The notes: generated by a model from the sequence alone, not told the origin. Shown: positions 25,646 to 36,852, counted from the stretch's first letter. The stretch: DNA of 64,000 nucleotides from Candidatus Levyibacteriota bacterium (GCA_003152105.1 PLZJ01000003.1:6899-70898), one strand, 5' to 3'. Program-made: numbers and translations.

Positions 25646-26677
25646 ATGCAAGAAGAACTTTTACAAATCAAAAACTCCGCAATGTACTTTATCATGGATG
25701 CAAAAAATCCCAAAGAACTTGAAGAAATAAAATTAGATTTTTTAGGAAGAAGTGGAAAACTAACCTTAATAATGAAAGAACTCGCAAAACTTCCAATGGA
25801 TAAACGAGTTGAAATTGGAAGACTTGCAAATGAAGTAAAAAACGCAATAGAAGATGCATTGCAAACTGCAGAAGATAGTTTTTCTCAAAAAAAAATCGAT
25901 AAAATATCACGAATTGATATTTCCGAACCCGGAATACTGCCTACACTTGGACATTTACATTTAGTAACGCAAGCAATTGATGAGATTGCACAAATATTTG
26001 CTCGCATTGGATTTGAGCGCGTACGATATCCTGAAGTAGAATGGGACTATTTTGCATTTGAAGCATTAAACTTTCCAAAAAATCACCCAGCTCGCGATGA
26101 TTGGGAAACGTTTTTTACCACAGAAACACCCCATGCCAGATATGGCCCACAAGTTCTTACGCCTCATACGTCAAATGGTCAAATAAGAGAAATGGTAAAA
26201 AATGTATTACCTATTAAAATGCTAAATATTGCAAAAACGTATCGTAGACAGTCTGATATATCTCATACACTTATGTTTCATCAGTTTGAAACGTTATGCG
26301 TTTCTGAAAATATATCTATAGCAGATCTAAAAGGAACTCTTGCATATTTTGCGAAATCATATTTTGGTGAAAAAAGAAAAACACGTATTCGGCCGTATCA
26401 TTTCCAATTTACTGAACCTTCATTTGAAGTTGATATTTCCTGCGGTTTATGTAATGGAAAAGGGTGTAAATTCTGTAAAGAGGGGTGGCTTGAACTTGGG
26501 GGAGCTGGGATGGTTCATCCAAATGTACTCAAAGAAGTAGGTATTAATCCTAAAAAATATGCAGGATTTGCTTCTGGTTTTGGTGTAGAACGAGTACTCA
26601 TGATGAGAGAGGATATGCATATTGACGATCTACGACTTCTCTACGCAAATAAATTGGAGTTTTTACAGCAATTTTAA
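25646..26677 (+). CDS. pheS: Phenylalanine--tRNA ligase alpha subunit
   Basis: FEALNFPKNHPARD, HTS, FQFTEPSFE and ELGGAGMVHPNVL. Confidence 0.98.
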   Translation: MQEELLQIKNSAMYFIMDAKNPKELEEIKLDFLGRSGKLTLIMKELAKLPMDKRVEIGRLANEVKNAIEDALQTAEDSFSQKKIDKISRIDISEPGILPTLGHLHLVTQAIDEIAQIFARIGFERVRYPEVEWDYFAFEALNFPKNHPARDDWETFFTTETPHARYGPQVLTPHTSNGQIREMVKNVLPIKMLNIAKTYRRQSDISHTLMFHQFETLCVSENISIADLKGTLAYFAKSYFGEKRKTRIRPYHFQFTEPSFEVDISCGLCNGKGCKFCKEGWLELGGAGMVHPNVLKEVGINPKKYAGFASGFGVERVLMMREDMHIDDLRLLYANKLEFLQQF

Positions 26678-26679
26678 TT

Positions 26680-28635
26680 ATGAATATAAAATTACTTGAT
26701 AGTTGGATTAGAGAATTTGTTGACACAAAAGCAACAGCAAAAGAACTAGCAGATGCACTTTCTCTTTCAAGTGTTTCTGTTGAAAAGATTGAAAAAGTTG
26801 GTCAAGACTTTCTCTATGATATTGAAGTAACAACAAACAGAGTAGATCTTATGTCAGTTCTTGGTATTGCAAGAGAAGTAGCAGCAATACTTCCTCAGTC
26901 ACACATTCCCGCTCGTTTTATACCACTCCATCTAGAAAAAGTGCCTGGCGGTATGCATGAACAGTTTCCGGTTCAAATTAGAAACGATGAAGCGCTTGTT
27001 TCAACTATTTGCGCTGCTGTTTTGGATGTAACAATAGATGAGTCATCAAAAGAAATCAAAGAACGACTAGAAACAAGTGGCATTAGAAGCTTAAATAATG
27101 TTATTGATATAACAAATTATGTAATGAGAGTTATTGGTCATCCAACACACGTGTTTGATTATGACCGTCTACGTACAAGAACTATTCAAATTAGAAAATC
27201 GAGGAGAAATGAAAAAATTAAAACACTTGATGGAAAAGAATATATCTTACAAGGAGACGATATTGTTGCTGAAGATGGAGCAGGAAATATTATTGACTTG
27301 CTCGGTATTATGGGACTTGAAAATAGTGTTGTGACAAAAGATACCAAAACAATTGTATTTTTTATTGATAATGTCAATGCAGACTATATTCGAAAAACAT
27401 CAATGACTCATGGCATAAGAACTGAAGCAGCTGTGCTTAATGAAAAAAATGTTGACCCAAAAGCAGCTCATGATGCATTGCTGTATGGCATAACACTTTT
27501 TAAAAAACATGCAAATGGCAAACTACTTTCAGATACATTTGATGCACATGAAAAAGCAGACAAGGATCATTTTATATCTGTAAATAAACAGCAGATAGAA
27601 AAAGTAATTGGTATTTCCATTGAACAAAAAACTATTTCACAAATACTTGCAAATTTAGGGTTTTCTTTAACTGAGGAGAAAGATACCTATGAAATCAGAG
27701 TACCTTCTTACCGAATAAACGACGTTAAAAACGAAGAAGACATTATTGAAGAAATCGCCAGAGTATTTGGCTATCATAATATTCCAAGTCGTTTACCTGA
27801 ATTTATTCCACCCTCAATAACTAATGGAATCTTTACTTCATTTTATTTTGAGTCACGCATTAAAGAAGCAATGAAATATTGGGGATTTACCGAAGTATAT
27901 ACCTACCCAATTGTATCTGAAGAAATGTTTGAAGGACCAACGAGTGAAGCGATTACGCTTAAAAATCCATTAGGTGAAGAGTTTGCATTTATGAGAAAAA
28001 CACTCGTACCAAGTTTACTCTCAGTACTACAAGAAAATAAAAACTACAAAGAAGCAAAGTTATTTGAAATTGCAAATGTTTACCACAAGGTGCCAAATGA
28101 TTTACCAAATGAAAAACTTATGTTTGCAGGAGTAATAAAAAAAGACCACGTTTCTTTTTTTGAAGTAAAAGGCGTCATAGAACAAGTACTCTGTGATATT
28201 GGTATAAAAGATTTGGTATTTAAAAAAGCAGATGATGGAGGTATTGGAGCAGATGTGTATATTGCTTCTGATCTAATTGGAAAAGTAGAGGTGCTTGATG
28301 AATATGTCGTAACCTTTGAAATTGATCTTCAAAAAACGTTTCCCTTTGCAACAACAAAAAAAATATTTAATCAGCTTCCAAAATATCCACCGGTATTTGA
28401 AGACATTTCAGTTGTACTTTCACATGATACTTCAACTGGCGACATTATAGAAACAATTAAAAAACAAAATCCGTTAATAAAAGAAGTGGAACTCTTCGAT
28501 AAATATGAAAACACAAGATCATTTCATATCACTTATGTAAGTCAAGATAAAAATTTAACTACTGAAATTGTTTCCGAAATTCGTGAGTCAGTTCAAAAAG
28601 CACTTGAAGAAACATTCAAGGCAACAATAAAGTAG
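26680..28635 (+). CDS. pheT: Phenylalanine--tRNA ligase beta subunit (short, lacking the B2 OB-fold insert)
   Basis: IEVTTNRVDLMSVLGIARE, NNVIDITNYVM and EDIIEEIARVFGY; 651 aa. Confidence 0.95.
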   Translation: MNIKLLDSWIREFVDTKATAKELADALSLSSVSVEKIEKVGQDFLYDIEVTTNRVDLMSVLGIAREVAAILPQSHIPARFIPLHLEKVPGGMHEQFPVQIRNDEALVSTICAAVLDVTIDESSKEIKERLETSGIRSLNNVIDITNYVMRVIGHPTHVFDYDRLRTRTIQIRKSRRNEKIKTLDGKEYILQGDDIVAEDGAGNIIDLLGIMGLENSVVTKDTKTIVFFIDNVNADYIRKTSMTHGIRTEAAVLNEKNVDPKAAHDALLYGITLFKKHANGKLLSDTFDAHEKADKDHFISVNKQQIEKVIGISIEQKTISQILANLGFSLTEEKDTYEIRVPSYRINDVKNEEDIIEEIARVFGYHNIPSRLPEFIPPSITNGIFTSFYFESRIKEAMKYWGFTEVYTYPIVSEEMFEGPTSEAITLKNPLGEEFAFMRKTLVPSLLSVLQENKNYKEAKLFEIANVYHKVPNDLPNEKLMFAGVIKKDHVSFFEVKGVIEQVLCDIGIKDLVFKKADDGGIGADVYIASDLIGKVEVLDEYVVTFEIDLQKTFPFATTKKIFNQLPKYPPVFEDISVVLSHDTSTGDIIETIKKQNPLIKEVELFDKYENTRSFHITYVSQDKNLTTEIVSEIRESVQKALEETFKATIK

Positions 28636-28640
28636 TTGCT

Positions 28641-30914
28641 TTATCCCGGAGTAGGTGTTGGCGTTTGAGTTGGCGTAAGTGTTCCCGTTGGAGTAGGTGT
28701 TGGCGTTGGTTCATCAGGAGGATGATACAATGGATCGTCTTTGTGATTTTGATCAATCCATGCATCTATTCCTTCTTGCCATCTATTTTTACCATCAGTT
28801 GATACGGGGTCATCTTCTTTAAATTCAAGATAATCTTTTCCGTTAATATTTTTATATATAGGAGAGGAGGCAGTTGGCTCAGTACCTTTTATAAAATACT
28901 CTGAGCGCTGAGGTTGCGTAGGAACTGGTAAGCCACCTCCTAATGCATCAATTTGCATTGCAATAACATCATCTGGTTTTTTGGGTTGCTCATCAGGTTT
29001 TCCCTTTAATACTGCTGTCATTATTCTATTCCAAATTGGTGAAGCACCTGTTTCTCCAGAGGAAATAATTGGATTCATAGGAGTATTGTCATTATTTCCA
29101 ACCCAAACGCCAACAACATACGATGGTGTATAACCACTTGCCCAGTTATCTCTTTTTTCATCAGTTGTTCCTGTTTTAACTGACACAGTTTTTCCAGGTA
29201 TTACTAGGTAGGAATTTGGACCAAATTCAGCAGTTCTTGCATTATTATCAAGTAAAATATGTGAAATGATAAAAGCAACTCCGTCTGGCAACACTCTTGT
29301 TCCTGAATTTGGTTTATATTGATAGAGCGAATTACCTTTACTATCAGAAACAGATAAAATGGAAACAGGATCATGACGAATACCACCTGTTGCAAAAACT
29401 CCATATGCAGTTGTCTCGTCAAGGAGCGATACTCCTTTCCCTCCAAGAACGAGTGAAAGACCAACAGTAGAAAGATTTTGTGGGGTAGGATCCCAAGTAG
29501 AAATACCCATATTATATCCTTGCTGCATAGCAGCTTTTAGTCCAACACGAGCAAGCATTTTTACTGCTGGAATATTTTCTGAATTACCAAGCGCAAACCT
29601 TAGTTGCATTGGCCCTGCAAACTTTCCGCTATAATTGACCGGTATATAATCAGGGTCAGAATCAGTAGGTTTAAAATTCGTCTGCACATCCATTACCATG
29701 GTTGAGGCAGTATATCCTTGCTCAAGTGCAGTAGCATAAACAATAGGTTTCAAAGAAGAACCTGGTTGTCTATTTGTGGAAATAGCTACATTAAAATTCC
29801 CATCATTTGCTGTATCAAAATAATCTTCGCTTCCTACCATAGCCAGTATTTCACCTGTTTTTGGATCAGTAACAATAGCAGCTCCATTTGATACATGATA
29901 TGGCTTAAGCAGTGCAACCTGCGATTTTACAATTTGCTCAGCTTGTTTCTGAATTGAATAGTCAAGTGTTGTCACAATTTTTAATGCGCCGTTTTCAATA
30001 TATTGCTCTCCAAAATCCCTAGCAAGAAGCGCTTTTACATACATTACAAAATGAGGCGCTTTGATTTCTGAATCATTTTGAGAAAACTGGGTATTTTTAA
30101 TTTCTGAAAGTGCATCAGTATTTTGTTTTTGTGTAATATACCCCTGATCAGCCAGTGCTTGAAGCACAATTGCAGTTCTATCAATATAATATTTATTACC
30201 ACTATAAGGGGAGTATTCAGATGGACTTTGTGGAAGTCCAGCCAAAAATGCAGACTGTGCTAGGTCTAAATCTTTTACATTTTTACCAAAATATTCCTCA
30301 GCTCCTGCTTCAACACCAACTGCAGTGCCACCATAAGGAACATCATTTAAATACATTTCAAGAATTTGATCTTTTGAATATTTCTTATCAACTTGAATGG
30401 CAAGTATTAATTCTTTTATTTTTCGAGATATACTTTGTTGAGAAGTTAACAATACGTTTTTTACCAATTGTTGGGTAAGCGTAGAACCTCCTTGAATTTG
30501 GTGATATAACACAATATCCCGAATGGCACGTAAATAACCTGTTAATGAAAAGCCTTGATTTTGATAAAAATTTCGGTCTTCAACTGCAATAGTGGCATGT
30601 TGTAAATTAAGTGGGATTTGTGGAAGCTTTACGTACGTTCTGTTTTGATTTTGATATAAAGAATAGAGGAGTATGCCATTTCTATCATATATTTTTGTTG
30701 ATTCTCCCAAAGGCGCATTGGCAAGCTTACCTGGTTGTGGTAAATCACGGCTATACCAATAAAAAAGAAAAACACCAATAATAATACAAGCGATAAAACC
30801 AAAAAAGAGAAGCTTCGCTAACCTACTCCAAAGAACTATATGTGAATCATGGTTACCAAAATATTTTTTTCTTCTAGAAAATCGTTTTAACCGTCTACTA
30901 TTGTAGTCAACCAT
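28641..30914 (-). CDS. Class A penicillin-binding protein (transglycosylase/transpeptidase)
   Basis: EDRNFY, GGSTLTQQLVKN and RKIKE (GT51); SSLK, SEN and KTGT (transpeptidase). Confidence 0.95.
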   Translation of the reverse strand: MVDYNSRRLKRFSRRKKYFGNHDSHIVLWSRLAKLLFFGFIACIIIGVFLFYWYSRDLPQPGKLANAPLGESTKIYDRNGILLYSLYQNQNRTYVKLPQIPLNLQHATIAVEDRNFYQNQGFSLTGYLRAIRDIVLYHQIQGGSTLTQQLVKNVLLTSQQSISRKIKELILAIQVDKKYSKDQILEMYLNDVPYGGTAVGVEAGAEEYFGKNVKDLDLAQSAFLAGLPQSPSEYSPYSGNKYYIDRTAIVLQALADQGYITQKQNTDALSEIKNTQFSQNDSEIKAPHFVMYVKALLARDFGEQYIENGALKIVTTLDYSIQKQAEQIVKSQVALLKPYHVSNGAAIVTDPKTGEILAMVGSEDYFDTANDGNFNVAISTNRQPGSSLKPIVYATALEQGYTASTMVMDVQTNFKPTDSDPDYIPVNYSGKFAGPMQLRFALGNSENIPAVKMLARVGLKAAMQQGYNMGISTWDPTPQNLSTVGLSLVLGGKGVSLLDETTAYGVFATGGIRHDPVSILSVSDSKGNSLYQYKPNSGTRVLPDGVAFIISHILLDNNARTAEFGPNSYLVIPGKTVSVKTGTTDEKRDNWASGYTPSYVVGVWVGNNDNTPMNPIISSGETGASPIWNRIMTAVLKGKPDEQPKKPDDVIAMQIDALGGGLPVPTQPQRSEYFIKGTEPTASSPIYKNINGKDYLEFKEDDPVSTDGKNRWQEGIDAWIDQNHKDDPLYHPPDEPTPTPTPTGTLTPTQTPTPTPG

Positions 30915-30993
30915 TCATTAGATTATAGCGAACTACACATTGACTGACAACTTCTCATTTAAATGTCAGTTTATCATATGATATACTGAGCCT

Positions 30994-32178
30994 ATGGACG
31001 CGATTGAACAATTACTAACAAGAGGAGTTAGCCAAATATATCCTTCAAAAGAAAAACTTGAAACTTTACTTCGAAGTGGAAAAAAAGTAACTATTTATCA
31101 AGGCTTTGATCCAACAGGAACAAAACTACACATCGGTCATATGGTTGGACTATTAAAACTACGACAATGGCAAGACTTAGGGCACAAAGTAATATTCTTA
31201 ATAGGAACAGGAACAGGACTTGCAGGAGATCCATCTGGAAAGCAAACTTCTCGAACTGTTTTTTATACACATGAACAATTAAAAGAAAATGCAAAAGATT
31301 ATGTATTGCAGGCACGAAAAATTGTTCGATTTGAAGGAGAAAATCCAGTTGAAATTTTATATAACGGAGACTGGTTAAACAAACTAACTCTCAAAGACAT
31401 TTTAGATATTGCAGGCCATTTCACACTGCAACAGTTCTCAGAACGTGATTTATTTCAGGAAAGAATAAAAAAAGGAGAACCAGTTAGTCTTCGTGAATTT
31501 ATGTATCCAATGCTTCAAGCATATGATTCTGTTGCTATGAAAGTAGACGTAGAGCTTGGAGGAACAGATCAAATGTTTAACATGCTCATGGGTCGAAATC
31601 TTGTTGAAAAAATGCAGCACCGAGAAAAGTTTGTAATGACAACGCCACTGCTTGAAGACTCTTTGGGCAGGAAAATAGGAAAGACAGAAGGAAATGTCAT
31701 TGCGCTAACAGATAGCCCTTCTGATCTATATGCAAAAATAATGGCACTTCCCGATGACATTGTTGTCAATGCATTTGCATATCTTACAACACTACCAATG
31801 CATGAGATTTTAAAAATTAAAGAAGATTTAGCAAATGGGCAAAATCCAATTACAAGTAAGAAAAAATTAGCGCTAACAATTGCTTCACAGTTATATAGTC
31901 ATGAAGATGCAAAACAAGCAGAGCAATCATTTACTACTGTTGTACAGCAAGGGAATTTAAGCAATGACATAAACAAAGTTACTGTTTTAGAAAATACACC
32001 ACTCATTGATATGCTCCTTCATTTTACCCTTATAGAGAGTAAATCTGAGGCAAAAAGACTCGTCTTACAAAACGGCATTCGAGTAAATAGTGAAATTGTT
32101 TCTGATTTAGATATGACACTTTACGATAATGATCTTGTTGAAGTTGGAAAAAGAAAAACAGTTCGTATTGTTATATAA
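30994..32178 (+). CDS. tyrS: Tyrosine--tRNA ligase
   Basis: GFDPTG..LHIGH, YPMLQAYD, GGTDQ, KIGKT; C-terminal S4 domain. Confidence 0.98.
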   Translation: MDAIEQLLTRGVSQIYPSKEKLETLLRSGKKVTIYQGFDPTGTKLHIGHMVGLLKLRQWQDLGHKVIFLIGTGTGLAGDPSGKQTSRTVFYTHEQLKENAKDYVLQARKIVRFEGENPVEILYNGDWLNKLTLKDILDIAGHFTLQQFSERDLFQERIKKGEPVSLREFMYPMLQAYDSVAMKVDVELGGTDQMFNMLMGRNLVEKMQHREKFVMTTPLLEDSLGRKIGKTEGNVIALTDSPSDLYAKIMALPDDIVVNAFAYLTTLPMHEILKIKEDLANGQNPITSKKKLALTIASQLYSHEDAKQAEQSFTTVVQQGNLSNDINKVTVLENTPLIDMLLHFTLIESKSEAKRLVLQNGIRVNSEIVSDLDMTLYDNDLVEVGKRKTVRIVI

Positions 32179-32201
32179 CAATATCGTATTATAATTACAC
32201 T

Positions 32202-32306
32202 ATGGATGTATTTCAAAAACATATGTGGGTGTTTAAAATAATTATTGCAATAGCATCGCTTGCTATTGTTATTGCCCCATTTTTAGCACTATTTTTTAAT
32301 CAATAG
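32202..32306 (+). CDS. Small single-TM membrane protein (34 aa), below the ORF-track cutoff
   Basis: MDVFQKHMWVFKIIIAIASLAIVIAPFLALFFNQ; TATAAT 6 nt upstream; fills the tyrS-recG gap. Confidence 0.65.
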   Translation: MDVFQKHMWVFKIIIAIASLAIVIAPFLALFFNQ

Positions 32307-32312
32307 CTTCAT

Positions 32313-34328
32313 ATGGATTTTAATCTACCGGTTAAAAAATCTCCGTTTAGGAGTATTAAACTCTACGCAAGTAGACTTGAGAAACTACATATTTCAACTC
32401 ACTTGGATTTTATCTATCATATGCCAAGTCGTTATGAAGACTTTTCTCATATTGCTCCTGTTGCAAACATACAAGTAGGAGAAATAGTAACAATACATGC
32501 AAACGTAATAGACGCAAAAACAAGTTATTTAAGAAATCGAAAATCAATCCAAAGAGCAACCTTTTCTGATGGAACGGGAAGTATTTTTGTTACATGGTTT
32601 AATCAACCATATTTAGTAAAACAATTACCAGTCGGGACATCGGTCTGGCTATCTGGAAGAGCTGACATATTTAATAAAAAGCTAACCATGCAATCACCTG
32701 ATTATGAAATTGAAACAAGTGAACCTATACATACTGGCAGACTTGTTCCCATATATCCTGAAACATATGGAGTATCTTCAAAATGGTTAAGAAGACAAAT
32801 TCATTCACTCTTAAAAGAAATAGAAAATGAAAAAGAATTCCTCCCACCATATCTTTTAAAAGAAAATAACCTTATGGAGTACCCCCTTTCTTTGCAAAAA
32901 ATTCATTTTCCGCTTTCTTTGGAAGAAAGTAATAAAGCAAGACAGCGACTTGCATTTGACGAGCTATTTTTCCTACAAGTTTCTGCACTCCATAGAAAAA
33001 GAGAATGGAAATCTGTTCAAAAAAGCGTCAGCTTAACTGTTTCTAAACATCATGAAAAACTCGAGAAACTGTATAATTCTTTACCGTTTACTTTAACTAA
33101 TGCGCAAAAAAAAGCAGTTGAAGATATATGTTCAGACATCGCAAAAAGGAGCCCCATGAATAGACTTCTTGAAGGAGATGTAGGAAGCGGAAAAACAGTT
33201 GTTGCTGGAATTGCAATGTATATAACATTTTTAAATGGTTACCAATCAGTTCTTATGGCACCAACTGAAATTCTTGCAATGCAACATTTTCAAACCATTG
33301 AGCGACTCTTTACTCCTTTTGGCGTTCGTATTGGCCTCGCAACAGGGAGTAAAAAAATACAACTTGATGACTTTGATGTATTAATTGGTACACATGCTCT
33401 GCTTTCTGAAAAAATACAGTTTAAAAAACTAGCTTTTGTCATAATTGATGAGCAACAACGATTTGGTGTTTCCCAACGCGCTCTTATTCGAAAAAAGGGA
33501 ATAAGTGCACATTTGTTAACCATGACGGCAACGCCGATTCCAAGAACAATTGCACTTACCATGTACGGTGATTTAGATGTATCGTTTCTTGATGAATTAC
33601 CAAAAGGAAGACAAGAAATTAAAACATGGTTTGTACCAAAAGATAAGCGCGAAGCAGCATATAGATGGATTGAGCAACAAATTACAAAAGAAAAAAGTCA
33701 GGCTTTTATTATTTGCCCATTTATTGAAACTTCAGAAAGCATGCAAACAGTTAAAGCAGCAAGCGTTGAATTTGCAAGATTAAAAAAAGACATCTTTCCT
33801 AACCTTACCCTTGGTCTACTTCACGGAAATCTCAAAGCAAAAGAAAAAGATGAGGTACTTCGCAACTTTAACAACAAAGTATTTGATATCTTAGTCGCAA
33901 CGCCTGTTGTTGAAGTCGGAATTGATATTCCAAATGCAACAATAATGATGATAGAAGCAGCTGAGCGATTCGGTTTATCACAACTACATCAATTGCGTGG
34001 AAGAGTTGGAAGAGGAAAGAAGCAGTCTTACTGTCTTTTGTTTTCTGATGCGTTTAGTAAAACTTCCTATGCAAGACTCAAAGCAATGGAAAAATTACAT
34101 ATTGGCGCAGAACTTGCTGAACTTGATTTACGACTTCGAGGCCCTGGAAGTATATATGGCACAGAACAAAGTGGAAAAACGTTGCTTAAAATTGCAACAT
34201 TTTCAGATACGTTCTTACTACAAAAAGCAAAAATTGCTGCAGAACAAATCTTTCCCAATATGGAAGAGTTTCCAGAGATACGTGGAAAAATGAAACAACT
34301 TCAAACACAAGATATTTCTCCAGATTAA
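32313..34328 (+). CDS. recG: ATP-dependent DNA helicase RecG
   Basis: MNRLLEGDVGSGKT, DEQQRFG, TATPIPRT and QLHQLRGRVGR. Confidence 0.98.
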   Translation: MDFNLPVKKSPFRSIKLYASRLEKLHISTHLDFIYHMPSRYEDFSHIAPVANIQVGEIVTIHANVIDAKTSYLRNRKSIQRATFSDGTGSIFVTWFNQPYLVKQLPVGTSVWLSGRADIFNKKLTMQSPDYEIETSEPIHTGRLVPIYPETYGVSSKWLRRQIHSLLKEIENEKEFLPPYLLKENNLMEYPLSLQKIHFPLSLEESNKARQRLAFDELFFLQVSALHRKREWKSVQKSVSLTVSKHHEKLEKLYNSLPFTLTNAQKKAVEDICSDIAKRSPMNRLLEGDVGSGKTVVAGIAMYITFLNGYQSVLMAPTEILAMQHFQTIERLFTPFGVRIGLATGSKKIQLDDFDVLIGTHALLSEKIQFKKLAFVIIDEQQRFGVSQRALIRKKGISAHLLTMTATPIPRTIALTMYGDLDVSFLDELPKGRQEIKTWFVPKDKREAAYRWIEQQITKEKSQAFIICPFIETSESMQTVKAASVEFARLKKDIFPNLTLGLLHGNLKAKEKDEVLRNFNNKVFDILVATPVVEVGIDIPNATIMMIEAAERFGLSQLHQLRGRVGRGKKQSYCLLFSDAFSKTSYARLKAMEKLHIGAELAELDLRLRGPGSIYGTEQSGKTLLKIATFSDTFLLQKAKIAAEQIFPNMEEFPEIRGKMKQLQTQDISPD

Positions 34329-34409
34329 ACGTGCCTCATCTGCTTGCGAAAACACCGTAAATACAGTACAATACGCATATAGTTTAATCTAAACGAAAAG
34401 GAACGTACT

Positions 34410-34613
34410 ATGCCACAAGAGCCAAAACGCAGACATTCCAAACAAAGAAAAGGTAAAAGACGAGCATCAATTCATTTTGACTCGCCACAAGTCCTACTAT
34501 GCCCAAATTGCAAGGCACCTATTGCTCCTCATGTCATTTGTAAAAATTGTGGCTTTTATAAAGGTAAAGAAGTAATACATAAAAAACCACAAAAGAAAAA
34601 AGACAACGAATAA
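34410..34613 (+). CDS. rpmF: 50S ribosomal protein L32
   Basis: PKRRHSKQRKGKRR; CPNC...PHVICKNCGFYKG. Confidence 0.95.
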   Translation: MPQEPKRRHSKQRKGKRRASIHFDSPQVLLCPNCKAPIAPHVICKNCGFYKGKEVIHKKPQKKKDNE

Positions 34614-34628
34614 TAAAGCGTAATTGCA

Positions 34629-34976
34629 ATGAAAAATCCTCTTGATCCAAGACACCAAAAAAGAAAATTATATTTGGAAGATTTGTTTAAAATTGAATTC
34701 CATAAACAAAAAGTAAGCCCAAAAGTAACTGATATTTTATCAAACCAAGTCGTCATTGACGAATATATATCAAAAGCAGCACCTCAATTTCCCATTGAAA
34801 AAATAAATAAAATAGATCTTGCAATTTTACGACTTGCTGCATTTGAACTCATTATTGATAAATCAGAACCACCTAAAGTCATAGTTGATGAAGCAATAGA
34901 ACTTGCAAAAGAATATGGCAATGATTCAAGTCCATCTTTTATCAATGGTGTACTTGGCGCTTTAGTACCAAAATGA
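34629..34976 (+). CDS. nusB: Transcription antitermination factor NusB
   Basis: [23 protein letters not shown] and FINGVLG. Confidence 0.95.
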   Translation: MKNPLDPRHQKRKLYLEDLFKIEFHKQKVSPKVTDILSNQVVIDEYISKAAPQFPIEKINKIDLAILRLAAFELIIDKSEPPKVIVDEAIELAKEYGNDSSPSFINGVLGALVPK

Positions 34977-35635
34977 AACAATTACCTACGTTTACCAATC
35001 AAAAACTTTACGAGCAAGCGTTTATTCACCGTTCGTTTCTAAATGAAACAAAAGATAAACTCGCATCAAATGAGCGTTTAGAATTTTTAGGTGATAGTGT
35101 TTTGTCATTTATCGTCTCTAACTATTTATATACAACATACCCTGATTTTAATGAAGGAATGTTAACAAATTTACGTGCACTTCTTGTAAATACAAAAATT
35201 CTTGGACAAATTGCAAAAGAACTTGATTTTGGAAGCTTAATGAAACTTTCTCGTGGTGAAGATGAAGCAAAGGGGAGAGAAAATATTTCACTGCTTGCAG
35301 ATTGTTTTGAAGCATTTGTAGGAGCGTTGTTTCTTGATCAAGGTCTTGAAACGACAATATCATTTATAAAAGAAATGCTCCTTGATAAAGCTGAGAGTTT
35401 TGTACAGAAAAAAACATTAAAAGACCCAAAAAGCTTACTACAAGAATATGTTCAAGCAAAAAAACAACATACACTCGCTTACAAAGTGTTATCTGAAGAA
35501 GGACCAGCACATGAAAAAACATTTACCGTTGGTGTATTTGTTCAACAAGTACAAGTTGGCGTAGGGGTTGGCAAATCAAAACAAGAGGCAGAAGAAAAAG
35601 CAGCAAATGAAGCACTTGAGAAGATGGCTAAATAA
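34973..35635 (+). CDS. rnc: Ribonuclease III
   Basis: [12 protein letters not shown] signature; ds[11 protein letters not shown]...GPAH. Confidence 0.98.
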   Translation: MKQLPTFTNQKLYEQAFIHRSFLNETKDKLASNERLEFLGDSVLSFIVSNYLYTTYPDFNEGMLTNLRALLVNTKILGQIAKELDFGSLMKLSRGEDEAKGRENISLLADCFEAFVGALFLDQGLETTISFIKEMLLDKAESFVQKKTLKDPKSLLQEYVQAKKQHTLAYKVLSEEGPAHEKTFTVGVFVQQVQVGVGVGKSKQEAEEKAANEALEKMAK

Positions 35636-35659
35636 TGCTAAAATAGCATTTACCTAGAT

Positions 35660-35884
35660 ATGGTAGTAATTAGATTAACAACAGTCGGAAAAAAAGGAGA
35701 AAGAAAATACAGAATTGTCGTTAAAGAAAAACGAACTCGTCGTGATGGAAAATCAGTCGAAGTACTTGGTTGGTATCAAAAATCTGAAAAAGGGGAGAAT
35801 AAACAACTAAATGTGGAAAGATATAATTATTGGCTCTCCGTTGGCGCAATTCCATCACCACAAGTTAAAAAAATAGCAGCATAA
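35660..35884 (+). CDS. rpsP: 30S ribosomal protein S16
   Basis: MVVIRL..GKK...YRIVV...RDGK..EVLGWY...WLSVGA.PS. Confidence 0.97.
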   Translation: MVVIRLTTVGKKGERKYRIVVKEKRTRRDGKSVEVLGWYQKSEKGENKQLNVERYNYWLSVGAIPSPQVKKIAA

Positions 35885-36138
35885 TGAAAGATATAATTAC
35901 CTTTATCGTTACAACCCTTGTTGATAAAAAAGACGAGATTACTGTGGTTGAAGAAGAAAAAGAAGGCATATTATACTTAACCATCTCAGCTGCAAAAGAA
36001 GATATGGGCAAAATTATAGGAAAAAATGGTAAGGTAATTCGAGCAATTAGAAGTGTTATGAAAATTCCCGCAATAAAACAAAATAAAAGAGTATATGTTT
36101 CAATTGCAGATTCTGAACAAGCGCCAGCCGTTTCATGA
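35884..36138 (+). CDS. khpA: KH-domain RNA-binding protein (KhpA/YlqC)
   Basis: DMGKIIGKNGKVIRAIR; located after rpsP. Confidence 0.9.
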   Translation: MKDIITFIVTTLVDKKDEITVVEEEKEGILYLTISAAKEDMGKIIGKNGKVIRAIRSVMKIPAIKQNKRVYVSIADSEQAPAVS

Positions 36139-36836
36139 TAATCTCCATTTTAACTCTGTTTCCCAACATGTTCCAAGGCCCCTTTAGTGAATCAATTGTC
36201 AAAAGAGCAATTGAGGACAAATATATTCAGCTAAACTTCATACAAATTCGTGATTTTGGCATAGGCAAACATCAAGAAGTAGATGATAGACCTTTTGGAG
36301 GAGGCATAGGAATGGTCATGAGAGTAGATGTGCTTGAGAAGGCTATTGAAAAAACAAGAATTCCTGGCAAAAAAGAAAAAGTAATACTGCTTAGTGCAAA
36401 AGGACAAACATTTACTCAACAAATGTCGATGTCTTTTGCAAAACTAGATCATCTTATTCTTATCTGTGGTCATTACGAAGGAGTTGACGAACGAATCCTG
36501 CATTTTATAGATGGGCAGGTTTCAATAGGAGATTTTATTGTTACAGGCGGAGAAATTCCTTCAATGCTTATTATTGACGCAGTAACAAGACTAATTCCGG
36601 GAGTTTTAAAAAGCGGTGCAACAGAACACGAATCCTTTTCAAAGCTAGTAACAAATGATTCGAAAGCGTATCTTGAATACCCCCAGTATACAAGACCAGA
36701 TACGTTTAAAAAACTACACGTACCAGATATACTACTTTCTGGAAATCATAAAGAAATACAGTTATGGAGAGAAAAAGAAGCAAAAAGGGTAACAAAAGTT
36801 AATCGTCCAGATCTTCTCGTTAAAAAAAATTCCTGA
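36135..36836 (+). CDS. trmD: tRNA (guanine37-N1)-methyltransferase
   Basis: VDDRPFGGG.GMVM, CGHYEGVDER, SIGDFIVTGGE and LEYPQYTRP. Confidence 0.98.
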   Translation: MIISILTLFPNMFQGPFSESIVKRAIEDKYIQLNFIQIRDFGIGKHQEVDDRPFGGGIGMVMRVDVLEKAIEKTRIPGKKEKVILLSAKGQTFTQQMSMSFAKLDHLILICGHYEGVDERILHFIDGQVSIGDFIVTGGEIPSMLIIDAVTRLIPGVLKSGATEHESFSKLVTNDSKAYLEYPQYTRPDTFKKLHVPDILLSGNHKEIQLWREKEAKRVTKVNRPDLLVKKNS

Positions 36837-36852
36837 TAATATAAGTTCGTTG

